Under the pieces are notes generated by a model, which was given only the letters and a program-made list of their open reading frames with translations, had not been told where the DNA came from and did no database searches. A program made the translations under genes and the position numbers. From an uncultured Lachnospiraceae bacterium (GTDB lineage Bacteria > Bacillota > Clostridia > Lachnospirales > Lachnospiraceae): a stretch of DNA of 64,000 bases. Where the stretch lies: assembly GCA_947630485.1 (NCBI GenBank), contig CANRHU010000006.1:528-64527 (forward strand), in the 5' to 3' direction. Position 1 is the stretch's first letter. Every line of letters starts with the position of its first letter. This document shows, in pieces, positions 50,897 to 60,036 of this stretch.

Positions 50897-53141
50897 AGAG
50901 ATACCGATAGCTCAGCGTCCAGTCCGGTTTTTTGATGGAAGTATCCCTGTTGTAATAGCCGCTCTCATCGACCGCGACGCCTCGCATCTGACGCCATTTC
51001 GAATCGGTCAGACGGTCGGAGGCGGGCCACGTAAACTGATAGAAGGAATAGACGCTTCCCGTCGCGATCTTCAGCTTTCCATCCACCTTCACAATGACCC
51101 TGATCAGGGACGGCACATCCGTCGCCAGCTCCAATACCTGTCCGCTGCCTGTGGCCACGTCCACAACCAGGGCCGCGGGGCATTCCTGGGTCGCAATCAT
51201 ATCGCCGCCTGCATAATCCTGCACCGTCTCAATCCAGAAGTGCTCCAGACTTCCGCCATAACCGCGGATAAATTCATATTCGTCCTCCGTCAGCGTCTCG
51301 TCGCGCAGCTCCTTTACCGAGATCTCCGTCAGGGTATCGGCCATCTGGGACAGGCGCGACAGATTCTCTCTGTCCGCGTCGCTCAGCATTCCATACGCCT
51401 CAAGGCCCTGCGCCGTCCGGTTCGCCAGCGCGGAGAACCGCGCATATACCTGCGGTTCCGGCTCCACGTAGCCGCGGTCGTCGGGAATCTGTTCATAACC
51501 GCCGCCGCCCATCTCCGCGATCACCTGCTTCGTATACAGAACCGTATCATGTTTCAGTTCTGTAAAGCTTCCGGCAAAACATTCCAAATCTTTTTTCGCC
51601 CATTCTTCACTCTGCATGAACGTCGGGTAGCCCTCCCCCTTCTCTTCCAGCAGAGGGCGAAGCGTATCGAGCCATCCCGAGTAGAGACTTGCCGACCACA
51701 GATCCTCGTTTTCCTTCGACAGGTAATCCCTGAGCGCCAGCATATTTTCCTGGTATCCCTCATAGCCGCTGTTTCCCGATTCGGCAAGAATCGAGAGCGC
51801 CGTCTCGCTTCCCAGGGCGGCCGGAACATCCAGCACGTCCGGCAGCATACGGTCCTTCACCTGATCATGCACCAGCTGCTGCATCACAGCGGCGTCGATG
51901 GTAAAGCGCTGTCCCAGAAAACGGAACCCGAGAGCGGCGTTATCTCCGTCCTCCGCGGAGATCGTGGAATTCACAGCCGGAGGCGCAAAACGCGACGCGG
52001 CCTCCTGAAAACGCGAAAGGCCGTCGCCGTCTTCCGCCAGACGCTCCCCTGTAACATCGTCACCGTAAACCTTATGAAGAATCGGCAGGTACTCGTCCAC
52101 GCCCAAATCGTCGCTGGCCCCGGCGAAGAAGGAGGTCACGTCGTAAACCGCCTGCCACAGCCCGTAAGCGTCCGCATCCCCGGACATCATGTAAGCGATC
52201 AGGATCGCGCTGCGGTCCAGGTCGTCCTCTCCCAGCTTGAAATGCATCCGGCCGTACAGCATCATGGCCCGGAAGTAACGCTCCAGCTGTTCGTCCCCCT
52301 CATAATATCCGCGCGGGATATACTGGGAATAATCCTCATCGAGCCCCGTGATCCGGGACCGGGCAATCCCGCCCGCATTCTGAATCAGTCCCAGCTCTTC
52401 CTCCGCCATCGACGCGACGTCCGGATTCAGCTCCGTCTCCGGGGCCAAAAGCTTCGTGCCGACTGAAAAAAGGAGCAGGCACCGCCTGGCGGCGTCTTCC
52501 CATTCGCTGCCCTTCATCTGTTCATAAAGTCCGGCGCTGTCCGCAAGCATCCGCTGACTCAGGCGGAGGAGGCTGTCTGAGAGATATCCCTTCTCCAGAT
52601 TCCGCATCAGATAGCTGTAATACAAATGATAGGTATGCATCAGCGAATCAACCGTCACAAAGCTCGCCTTCTGTTCGTAGCGGTTGCTCTCATATATTTC
52701 GAAAAACTCGTTGCCCGCAGACCCATCCACCGAAAATCCGTTCTTTACCAGCAGATCTTTCACTTCATCCTGCAGGTAATACTGCCAGAGGTTGTCGATA
52801 TTGCTCAGATCGGCGTTTACCGTATAGGGCGCCGTATTCGGCGTCACCTCCACGCCGTCCGCATCCGAGCGCGCGCTTAAAGGATTCACCCTCACAGGCA
52901 GTTCCCACTGCTCGTCTGCTTCCTCCCCCGGCGCGGTCTCCGCGCCGCCCGCGTCTTCCTCCGCGGCGGAAGCCGCTCCCGCGGGCGTCTCTGCGGAAGC
53001 TCCTTCCGGCTTTGCCGTCTCAGATACCGTGGTATCCCCCTGGGTGGCTTTTCCGCCGTTTCCGCTGCCGGAACCGCAGGCTGTCAGCAGGGAAAACGCC
53101 AAAAGCAGGAAGGCTGAAAGAAAAGCTGCTCTTCGTTTCAT
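50883..53141 (-). CDS. large secreted lipoprotein (DUF3160-like by recollection)
   Basis: Trimmed to MKRRAAFLSAFLLLAFSLLTAC (lipobox, AGGAGG RBS). A low-complexity Ala/Glu linker is followed by a domain of about 650 aa. The family name is from memory, not a search. Confidence 0.55.
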   Translation of the reverse strand: MKRRAAFLSAFLLLAFSLLTACGSGSGNGGKATQGDTTVSETAKPEGASAETPAGAASAAEEDAGGAETAPGEEADEQWELPVRVNPLSARSDADGVEVTPNTAPYTVNADLSNIDNLWQYYLQDEVKDLLVKNGFSVDGSAGNEFFEIYESNRYEQKASFVTVDSLMHTYHLYYSYLMRNLEKGYLSDSLLRLSQRMLADSAGLYEQMKGSEWEDAARRCLLLFSVGTKLLAPETELNPDVASMAEEELGLIQNAGGIARSRITGLDEDYSQYIPRGYYEGDEQLERYFRAMMLYGRMHFKLGEDDLDRSAILIAYMMSGDADAYGLWQAVYDVTSFFAGASDDLGVDEYLPILHKVYGDDVTGERLAEDGDGLSRFQEAASRFAPPAVNSTISAEDGDNAALGFRFLGQRFTIDAAVMQQLVHDQVKDRMLPDVLDVPAALGSETALSILAESGNSGYEGYQENMLALRDYLSKENEDLWSASLYSGWLDTLRPLLEEKGEGYPTFMQSEEWAKKDLECFAGSFTELKHDTVLYTKQVIAEMGGGGYEQIPDDRGYVEPEPQVYARFSALANRTAQGLEAYGMLSDADRENLSRLSQMADTLTEISVKELRDETLTEDEYEFIRGYGGSLEHFWIETVQDYAGGDMIATQECPAALVVDVATGSGQVLELATDVPSLIRVIVKVDGKLKIATGSVYSFYQFTWPASDRLTDSKWRQMRGVAVDESGYYNRDTSIKKPDWTLSYRYLYGWE

Positions 53142-53161
53142 TGCGATTGTCCTCCTTCTGA

Positions 53162-54406
53162 TCATGTTCGAATCTGTCCGCTGCCGTATATGATATACTT
53201 GGTCGTCGTCAGTTCCTTTAAGCCCATGGGGCCTCTTGCGTGCAGCTTCTGCGTGCTGATGCCGATCTCCGCGCCGAAGCCGAATTCAAATCCGTCGGTA
53301 AACCGGGTGGACGCGTTGACATAGACGGCGGCCGCGTCGATTTCGTTAAGGAATTTCTGGGCGTTCGCGTAATTGGAGGTGATAATCGCCTCAGAGTGCT
53401 TCGTATTGTAGCGGTTGATGTGGGCGATCGCCTCCTCGACGCTGTCTACCAGCTTAAGGGAAACGATGTAATCCAGATACTCGGTCCCCCAGTCCTTTTC
53501 CGCTGCGGGGACAAAACCGTCCGTGACGGCGCGGGCCCTCTCGTCCGCCCGTATCTCAACGTTCCTCCGCGCGAGGCGCGCTTTCAGAAGCGGAAGGAAT
53601 TCCCCGGCAATGGCCTGATGGACCACCAGGGACTCGCAGGCGTTGCAGACGCCGATCCGCTGGGTTTTAGCGTTTTCAATGATGTCGAGCGCCATCGCGA
53701 AATCGGCCGATTCATCGACAAAGATGTGGCAGTTGCCCGTCCCCGTCTCGATCACCGGCACGGTGCTGTTCTCGACGACCGTGCGGATCAGTCCCGCGCC
53801 GCCCCTGGGAATCAGCACGTCCAGATACGCGTTCATCCGCATGAACCGCAGCGTGGTCTCCCTGTCCGTACTCGTAATCAGCTGCGCCGCGTGGGGCGGC
53901 AGTCCGGCGCCGGCAAGTCCCCTCTGGATGGCGGCGATGATCGCCTGATTGGAAGCAAGCGCGTCGCTTCCGCCCTTTAAGATTACCGCGTTGCCCGCCT
54001 TAAAGCACAGTCCGAACGCGTCAGCCGTCACATTGGGACGCGCCTCGTAAATGATGCCGACTACGCCGAGCGGAACCCGCTTTTGCCCGATCATAAGTCC
54101 GTTCGGCCTTGGCTTCATGGAGAGGACCTCCCCTACCGGATCGTCTAAGGCCGCTACCTGCCTAAGACCGTCCGCCATCGCATGAATCCGGTCCGTATTC
54201 AGTTTCAGACGGTCGATCAGGCCGTGACTCATTTTCTTCTTCTCCGCGGCGGCCACGTCCCGGCTGTTGGCCGCAAGGATCGCATCCGACGCTTCCTCGA
54301 TCTCGCGGGCCGCGGCGAGAAGCCCCTGATTCTTCGGCCCCGAACCGAGCGTATTTAAGACGCCCGCGGCCTCCCGGGCGCGTTTTCCGATTTCAGTAAG
54401 TTCCAT
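53162..54406 (-). CDS. proA: glutamate-5-semialdehyde dehydrogenase
   Basis: Full-length ProA-like sequence ([32 protein letters not shown] with the catalytic Cys). Confidence 0.95.
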   Translation of the reverse strand: MELTEIGKRAREAAGVLNTLGSGPKNQGLLAAAREIEEASDAILAANSRDVAAAEKKKMSHGLIDRLKLNTDRIHAMADGLRQVAALDDPVGEVLSMKPRPNGLMIGQKRVPLGVVGIIYEARPNVTADAFGLCFKAGNAVILKGGSDALASNQAIIAAIQRGLAGAGLPPHAAQLITSTDRETTLRFMRMNAYLDVLIPRGGAGLIRTVVENSTVPVIETGTGNCHIFVDESADFAMALDIIENAKTQRIGVCNACESLVVHQAIAGEFLPLLKARLARRNVEIRADERARAVTDGFVPAAEKDWGTEYLDYIVSLKLVDSVEEAIAHINRYNTKHSEAIITSNYANAQKFLNEIDAAAVYVNASTRFTDGFEFGFGAEIGISTQKLHARGPMGLKELTTTKYIIYGSGQIRT

Positions 54407-54446
54407 CCTGTTCCCCTTTCCGCACCGCTTCTTCTGATCTTCCTAG

Positions 54447-54674
54447 TCAGGAGGCATCCTGAACGCCGCCGTGCTTTTTGCCAAGGTCCGTGATGCTGCC
54501 GTCCGGCTCCTTAATGGAAATATTGTTCAGCGTCCCGCGCATGTTGGCGCGGATCGCCTCGATGTACTTTCGGCGAAGCATGGCCTGTTCTTCCTTCTCC
54601 GCCTCCGAAAGTCCCACGGCCTGGGATTTATGGTATAAGGTATTGATCCGGTCAATCATTTCCTGTGTAATCAT
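54447..54674 (-). CDS. DUF896/YnzC-family small protein
   Basis: ORF trimmed to 75 aa (MITQEMIDRINTLYHKSQAVGLSEAEKEEQAMLRRKYIEAIRANM...) with an AAGGAG RBS. Confidence 0.75.
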   Translation of the reverse strand: MITQEMIDRINTLYHKSQAVGLSEAEKEEQAMLRRKYIEAIRANMRGTLNNISIKEPDGSITDLGKKHGGVQDAS

Positions 54675-54698
54675 GTTCACATGCTCCTTCTCATTCGG

Positions 54699-54725
54699 CA
54701 AAACCGCCGGCAGGTCTGCCCGCGG
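54699..54725 (-). promoter_or_regulatory. GC-rich hairpin plus U-run inside the DUF896 leader (possible attenuator)
   Basis: Minus-strand reading: CCGCGGGCA-GACC-TGCCGGCGG (8 of 9 bp) followed by TTTTG. It lies between the predicted promoter and the RBS. Confidence 0.35.
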
Positions 54726-54758
54726 CAAACGGCGGCGCAGGAGCCCGCCAACAGAAAC

Positions 54759-54767
54759 ATTATAGCA
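54759..54767 (-). promoter_or_regulatory. extended -10 element (TGcTATAAT) upstream of the DUF896 gene
   Basis: Minus-strand reading: TGCTATAAT. The -35 (TTCCTT at 17 nt) is weak. Confidence 0.45.
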
Positions 54768-54775
54768 TAAATTTT

Positions 54776-54819
54776 TCAAAAAAGGAACCGTCCGGCCAGG
54801 ATATTCCTCGTCCGGACGG
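54776..54819 (-). terminator. rho-independent terminator after the MATE gene
   Basis: Stem ccgtccgg/ccggacgg (8 bp, 16-nt loop). On the minus strand it is followed by TTCCTTTTTT. Confidence 0.65.
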
Positions 54820-54834
54820 CATCCATACAGATTC

Positions 54835-56220
54835 TCATGAGCCCGAAACCGGCGATCGCGCACCGCGCTTTCCCGACAGCTCCGGCCACACCACAAAGAG
54901 CATGGTCCCGAAACAGGCCACGCCGCCGATCAGGTTCGAGATCGGTTCCGCGAGGAAGATCCCGTCCGTCCCAAGCCCAAACAGACGCGGCAGCAAAAGC
55001 ACCAGCGGCATGACAATAATAATCTTGCGGAAAATGGAGAAAAACACCGCGTTCTTCGATTTGCCAAGCGCCACGAACACCGACTGCCCCGCAAACTGCA
55101 GCGACATGAAGAAATATCCGAAATAGTATATCTGCATGGCCGGAATGCCCGCCTCAAGGATATCCGCGTCGTGGTTGAAGATACGGATGAAGAAGCCGGG
55201 GAACCTGTGGACAACCAGCCAGATGAGCGTCGTGTAGACCACGCAGCAGACCGACATGAACACGATGGATTTCTTCACGCGGCCGTATTCCCTCGCGCCG
55301 TAATTATAGCCCATTACCGGCTGCGCGCCGTTGGTAATGCCCGTCACCGGCATGGTAATCACCTCGCGGACCGAATTGACGATGGTCATGACGCCCACAT
55401 AGAGATCGCCGCCGAACTGCTGGAGCGTCGCGTTATAAACCACCTGTGTAATGCTGTTGGTGATAGACATCGTAAAACCGCTGGTTCCCAGCGCCACGAT
55501 CTTTGCGACCCGTCTTCCGCTTAAGCCGAAGCAGGACAACCGAAGCCGCAGAATCGCCTTATCGCTCGTCAGAAACCGCATGATCCACGCGGCGGAAAGG
55601 AACTGGGAAATCACCGTCGCGAGCGCCGCCCCCTGGACGCCCATATGGAACAGGAAGATAAAGACCGGATCCAGGATAATATTGGCCACAGCGCCCAAAA
55701 GCACCGTCATCATGCCGATCCGCCCGAAGCCCTGGGAATTGATGAAGCTGTTCATCCCCAGGCCGACCATGACGAAGAGATTCCCCAGCAGATAGATCGT
55801 CACATATTGATCCGCATACGGGTAAGTGCTGTCGCTGGCCCCGAACAGATACAGAACCGGCCGCTTAAAGATCAGCCCGACCGCGGTCAGGATGATTCCT
55901 GTGATGATCATGAGCACGAAGGATGTGCCCATGATCCGCTCCGCCTCCTCGTCATTTCCGCGTCCGCGCTCGATGGAACAGAGCGGCGCGCCGCCCATGC
56001 CGTAGAGGTTCGCGAAGGCGATCACGATCGAGATGATCGGCAGGCAAAGCCCAAGCCCGGTCAGCGACAGCGTCGCGTTCTCCGGGATGCGGCCGATATA
56101 GATGCGGTCCACGATATTATAAAGCACGTTGATCAGCTGCGCCATGGTCATGGGCAGGGCCAGGCTCAAAATGTTGCCGATGATGCTTCCTCTTGAAAAG
56201 TCGTTTTTCTTCTCATTCAT
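54835..56220 (-). CDS. MATE-family efflux transporter
   Basis: Trimmed to MNEKKNDFSRGSIIGNILSLALPMTMAQLINVLYNIVDRIYIG. About 12 TM segments. Confidence 0.85.
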   Translation of the reverse strand: MNEKKNDFSRGSIIGNILSLALPMTMAQLINVLYNIVDRIYIGRIPENATLSLTGLGLCLPIISIVIAFANLYGMGGAPLCSIERGRGNDEEAERIMGTSFVLMIITGIILTAVGLIFKRPVLYLFGASDSTYPYADQYVTIYLLGNLFVMVGLGMNSFINSQGFGRIGMMTVLLGAVANIILDPVFIFLFHMGVQGAALATVISQFLSAAWIMRFLTSDKAILRLRLSCFGLSGRRVAKIVALGTSGFTMSITNSITQVVYNATLQQFGGDLYVGVMTIVNSVREVITMPVTGITNGAQPVMGYNYGAREYGRVKKSIVFMSVCCVVYTTLIWLVVHRFPGFFIRIFNHDADILEAGIPAMQIYYFGYFFMSLQFAGQSVFVALGKSKNAVFFSIFRKIIIVMPLVLLLPRLFGLGTDGIFLAEPISNLIGGVACFGTMLFVVWPELSGKRGARSPVSGS

Positions 56221-56329
56221 GTGCAGGACTTCTTTCGTCTCAGGATCGATATTTATCTTAGCAGATTTCAAATACGTTGTCTACATCATTCTGGCGTTCT
56301 TCCCGCATGGAAATACGTTCTTTCAGCAT

Positions 56330-56369
56330 GGAAAGAAAAAGGCCTGCCGCAAACATACGTGTTTACGGC
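56330..56369 (-). terminator. rho-independent terminator after the small coiled-coil gene
   Basis: 10-bp stem (gccgcaaaca/tgtttacggc, one G-U pair), 4-nt loop, then AGGCCTTTTTCTTTCC on the minus strand. Confidence 0.55.
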
Positions 56370-56392
56370 AAACCCTTCTTCCTTCAACCGAT

Positions 56393-56426
56393 TTTCGGAA
56401 AGATCACGCTTTCGGAAGGATCACGC
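56393..56426. repeat. tandem 17-nt direct repeat (tttcggaaRgatcacgc x2)
   Basis: Copies at 56393-56409 and 56410-56426 match at 16 of 17. The second copy spans the stop codon of the coiled-coil gene. Confidence 0.8.
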
Positions 56427-56675
56427 GCCCGGACTGACCGCGGCCTCCTTCGGCGTCTCCCCTATGATATTCTTAAGCTGCTCCACCGAGAGATTCTTCT
56501 CCTTCATCAGCCTTGTCACCTCGCGGATCCGCTCCTGCTCGATCTCCTCGATCAGAGCCAGACGTTTCTCCTCCAGATCCGCAAGCGACCTCGTATACTG
56601 ATCCATGGTTTCCGTTATCTTCAAAAGTTCGTCGTCCAGCTTTTCTCTTTTTGTCCGTCTATGCCTTCGTTCCAT
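56421..56675 (-). CDS. small coiled-coil protein (84 aa), function unknown
   Basis: Trimmed to MERRHRRTKREKLDDELLK (GGAGGG RBS). It has heptad-like charged repeats, and its layout resembles DUF4315-type proteins. That family is recalled from memory only. Confidence 0.45.
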   Translation of the reverse strand: MERRHRRTKREKLDDELLKITETMDQYTRSLADLEEKRLALIEEIEQERIREVTRLMKEKNLSVEQLKNIIGETPKEAAVSPGA

Positions 56676-56758
56676 ACAGTCCCTCCTGCATATAAAGATT
56701 TCATGATTGTCCATATATAGGAATTATATGCAAAAAGGTACGGTTCTATACCTGGCGT

Positions 56759-57418
56759 TCACTTTCTGGAACAGCGAATTTCCTTCAGATAGTTATAGAT
56801 GGTGAAATTCGTGACGCCGAGCCATTCCGCGACATACTCTACGGAACCTTTCACGTCGAAAATCCCCTTCTTCTCCAGGTTCTCGACGATGGCCAGCTTG
56901 TCTTCCTTCTGCATGTAGGCCACCGGCCTGTTCACCATCTGGACCTCGCTGCGCACCATAGACTCCATGACCTCGTTGATATCGCGGGCAAAGAGCTCTC
57001 CCGGCGCCTCTTCCTTCTCCGCCGCGGGCTGGAACGCCACCATCTCGCGCATCAGCTTTGACATCACGATAAAATCCGTCATGTCCTGATTGACGCAGAG
57101 ACTTCCGATGATATGCCCGTTCTCGTCGCGGATAAACATGGTGGAGGACCGCAGCACGCGGCCGTCCGGCAGAACGCTCCGGTAGTTGATGCTGTTCGGC
57201 GCGTCGTCTCCGTAGGTCTTCAGAAGCTGCAGCAGGTAGTTGGTCACCGGTCCGCCGATCTGCCGGTTTGTCACGTTGCCTTTGATCGCCACGATCGAGC
57301 TTTCCACATGGCTCAGATCATGAAGAATTACCTCATAGCGGCAGCCAAGCATCTGGGACAGGCCGTCCACCAGCTGAAACGCCGCCTGAAGATTCGGATG
57401 AAGCTCTTTGATATCCAT
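56759..57418 (-). CDS. YheO-like PAS domain plus HTH transcriptional regulator
   Basis: N-terminal YheO-type PAS block (GCRYEVILHDLSHVESSIVAIKGNVTNRQIGGPVTN) and a C-terminal HTH (GSVEYVAEWLGVTNFTIYNYLKEI). Confidence 0.7.
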   Translation of the reverse strand: MDIKELHPNLQAAFQLVDGLSQMLGCRYEVILHDLSHVESSIVAIKGNVTNRQIGGPVTNYLLQLLKTYGDDAPNSINYRSVLPDGRVLRSSTMFIRDENGHIIGSLCVNQDMTDFIVMSKLMREMVAFQPAAEKEEAPGELFARDINEVMESMVRSEVQMVNRPVAYMQKEDKLAIVENLEKKGIFDVKGSVEYVAEWLGVTNFTIYNYLKEIRCSRK

Positions 57419-57441
57419 TCTTAGCCCTCAGTTTCCTAATA

Positions 57442-58641
57442 TTATTGATCGAGTCCGCGCTCCTTCATCAGCATGCCGATTCCTTTTTCCAGGCGGTTTA
57501 AGCCCTCCTTGAGAATCTCATGACTGGTCGCGAAGCAGATGCGGATATGGCCCTCGGAGCCTTTCCCGAAGAACTTCTCGCCTCCGGAAACCACAGCCAG
57601 CCGCACGTGCTCCTTCATATACTCCGTAAACGCCTCGGCCGTCATACCGAAGGCGCTGACGTCCACGTACAGCAGGTAGGTGGCATGGGGAGAATACGCC
57701 TTTATAAGCGGCATCCCATTCAGCCTTTCCACCGCGTAATCCCGGTTCTTTTTCAGATGGACCAGGAACTCGTCCACCCAGTAGTAGCAGCTGTCCATAC
57801 AGGCCTTGCCCGCAACCTGGGAGATGGAAGCGATACCGCCTGCCGTGCTTAAGACGTCCGAGCACTCCACGATCCTCTCAAACAGCTCCGCGCTGGTCGT
57901 ATAGACGCAGCCGGCGCGCAGTCCCGCGATGCCGAAGCTCTTGGAGAAGCCGAACACCGACATTACCCGGCCGCAGCGGTCGCTGCCCAGCGTATAGATG
58001 CTGCAGAACGGCTCCTCCGGATACACGATATCGGACCAGATCTCGTCGTTCATGATATAAAGATTGTATTTCTCGCACAGGGACATGATGAGTTCCAGAT
58101 CCTCCGGACGGTAAAGCACGCCGTAGGGATTGTGCGGATTGCACAGGCCGATCATGCGGGTGCGCGCGGTAATATACCGCTCCAGCTCCGACAGATCGAT
58201 ATAACCGTCTTTCAGCCGCGCCGGGAACAGAACGACCTTGCCGCCCGCGGCCAGACAGGATTCGCGGAACAGATAATCCACCGGGTCGAAGACGATCATC
58301 TCGTCGCCCGGCTTTAAAACCGCCTTAGCAATAATATACATGCCTCTGGCCGCGCTGTCAATCGGAAGAATCTGCTTCGGATCAATCTTCTCCCCTTTCC
58401 GGTCCCACAGTCTCGCCGCGATACTCTCGGAAAATTCCGGATATCCCAGCTTGGGCGTATAGGAAAAATAACCGTCCTGCACATAATCCATCATGGCCTG
58501 CCGGATCTCAGGCGCCGCCGGATAATCCGGATCCGCCGCCGTCAGGGGGATTGTGCCTTCCGGCACCTCCGCCCAACGGTAATTAAAGGCACGTTTTTTC
58601 AGCACGTCAAGCTTGATGTTGGAACCGTCAAATAACGCCAT
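57442..58641 (-). CDS. class I/II PLP-dependent aminotransferase (PatB/MalY-like C-S lyase type)
   Basis: 399 aa. The FSKSFGIAGLR block holds the PLP lysine, and the N-terminus (NYRWAEVPEGTIPLTAADPDYP) is typical of PatB/MalY-like enzymes. Confidence 0.8.
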   Translation of the reverse strand: MALFDGSNIKLDVLKKRAFNYRWAEVPEGTIPLTAADPDYPAAPEIRQAMMDYVQDGYFSYTPKLGYPEFSESIAARLWDRKGEKIDPKQILPIDSAARGMYIIAKAVLKPGDEMIVFDPVDYLFRESCLAAGGKVVLFPARLKDGYIDLSELERYITARTRMIGLCNPHNPYGVLYRPEDLELIMSLCEKYNLYIMNDEIWSDIVYPEEPFCSIYTLGSDRCGRVMSVFGFSKSFGIAGLRAGCVYTTSAELFERIVECSDVLSTAGGIASISQVAGKACMDSCYYWVDEFLVHLKKNRDYAVERLNGMPLIKAYSPHATYLLYVDVSAFGMTAEAFTEYMKEHVRLAVVSGGEKFFGKGSEGHIRICFATSHEILKEGLNRLEKGIGMLMKERGLDQ

Positions 58642-58644
58642 CGC

Positions 58645-59025
58645 TTACTCCTTTTCCAGATAGGCCAGCGCCTCGATCTCGCAGAGGACGCCCTTCGGAA
58701 GTTCCTTTACCGCCACGCAGGAGCGGGCCGGGCAGCTGACAAAATATTTCTCATAGACCTTATTGAACACCGGAAAATCGGCCATATCGGCCAGGAAGCA
58801 GGTCGTCTTCACCACCTTCTCAAGGGAAGAACCGGCCGCCTCCAAAACGGCTCCCACATTCCTGCAGGACTGATCCGCCTGCTCTGTGATCGTCGTTCCC
58901 GCGATCTCCCCCGTAGCCGGATTGATCGGAATCTGTCCGGAGGAAAATACGAGGCTGCCAAGGACCATTCCCTGGGAATAGGGGCCGATTGCTGCCGGAG
59001 CGTTTGTTGTCGTTACTTTTTTCAT
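58645..59025 (-). CDS. ridA: RidA-family reactive enamine/imine deaminase
   Basis: 126 aa (APAAIGPYSQG...SGQIPINPATGE...PARSCVAVKELPKGVLCEIEA). Confidence 0.9.
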   Translation of the reverse strand: MKKVTTTNAPAAIGPYSQGMVLGSLVFSSGQIPINPATGEIAGTTITEQADQSCRNVGAVLEAAGSSLEKVVKTTCFLADMADFPVFNKVYEKYFVSCPARSCVAVKELPKGVLCEIEALAYLEKE

Positions 59026-59076
59026 GCTGTTGTCTCCTTTATCTTTTTGAATTCAAATCTTCTCTTAAGCGGAACG

Positions 59077-60036
59077 TCATTCCATATCCAGATGGCACGC
59101 CACCTGCGTTCCGTCCGCCATCGTCCGCAGACAGGGCTTTTCTTTTTTGCAGATGTCCATGCAGTAGCGGCAGCGCGGATGGAACGGACATCCGGACGGC
59201 GGATTCACCGGGCTCGGGATATCGCCGGTCAGCAGGATGCGCTCGCCCTGCGCCGTGCCCTTCACGTTGGGTATGGCCGAAAGCAGCGCCTTCGTGTAAG
59301 GATGCCGGCGTTTCTCATAGATCGCGGTCTTTTCGCCGATCTCGACCACATTTCCTAAGTACATAACCATGACGCGGTCGCAGAAATGCTTGATAATCCT
59401 CAGGTCATGGGAAATAAACATATAGGTCAGCTGGAATTCCTTCTTTAAATCCGCCATCAGGTTGATCACCTGCGCCTGAATCGACACGTCGAGGGCGCTG
59501 ACCGGTTCGTCGCAGACGACGAATTCCGGATTCAGGGCGATGGCCCGCGCGATACCGACACGCTGCCTCTGTCCGCCTGAAAACTCATGGGGATAACGGT
59601 AGATGTGCTCCGGGCGCAGACCCACATGGTCAATGAGGGAAGTCACCTTCTCATGGATTTCCTCGCGGCTCATCTCCTTGTTATGGATCTGGAACGGCTC
59701 GGCCAGAATCTGAAAGACCGTCTTTCTCGGATCCAGGGACGCGTAAGGGTCCTGGAAAATGATCTGCATCTCCCTGCGCAGCCCGCGCATCTCTTTGCGG
59801 GAAAGTCCGTTAAGCTCCTGACCCTTGAAGGAAACGGTGCCCTCCGTGACGTCCAGAAGCTTTAAGACCAGCCGGCCGGTCGTCGATTTGCCGCAGCCGG
59901 ACTCGCCGACGACGCCAAGCGTCTCCCCTTTATAAATCTGGAACGAAACGCCGTCCACGGCCTTGACATATTTGCCCTTCTCCCCGGTAGGAAAATATTT
60001 CTTTACATCCTTTACATCAACTAAAACTTCGCTCAT
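59077..60036 (-). CDS. oligopeptide/dipeptide ABC transporter ATP-binding protein (OppF/DppF-type)
   Basis: Trimmed to [11 protein letters not shown]. Walker [10 protein letters not shown], signature FSGGQRQR, and a C-terminal oligopeptide-type Cys motif (CPFHPRC...C). Confidence 0.85.
   Translation of the reverse strand: MSEVLVDVKDVKKYFPTGEKGKYVKAVDGVSFQIYKGETLGVVGESGCGKSTTGRLVLKLLDVTEGTVSFKGQELNGLSRKEMRGLRREMQIIFQDPYASLDPRKTVFQILAEPFQIHNKEMSREEIHEKVTSLIDHVGLRPEHIYRYPHEFSGGQRQRVGIARAIALNPEFVVCDEPVSALDVSIQAQVINLMADLKKEFQLTYMFISHDLRIIKHFCDRVMVMYLGNVVEIGEKTAIYEKRRHPYTKALLSAIPNVKGTAQGERILLTGDIPSPVNPPSGCPFHPRCRYCMDICKKEKPCLRTMADGTQVACHLDME

Noticed and set aside
50119-50898. A region open in five of six frames, including a 259-aa plus-strand ORF.
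   Set aside because: The plus-strand product is an Arg/Pro/Ser-rich string without structure. The minus-strand frame has a TM segment, a DxDxDG-like block and coupling to the upstream gene, so I call only that frame, at modest confidence.
54675-54760. A LexA (Cheo) box upstream of the DUF896/YnzC-like gene, expected by analogy with B. subtilis.
   Set aside because: No GAAC-N4-GTTC-type motif is visible in the leader or promoter region.
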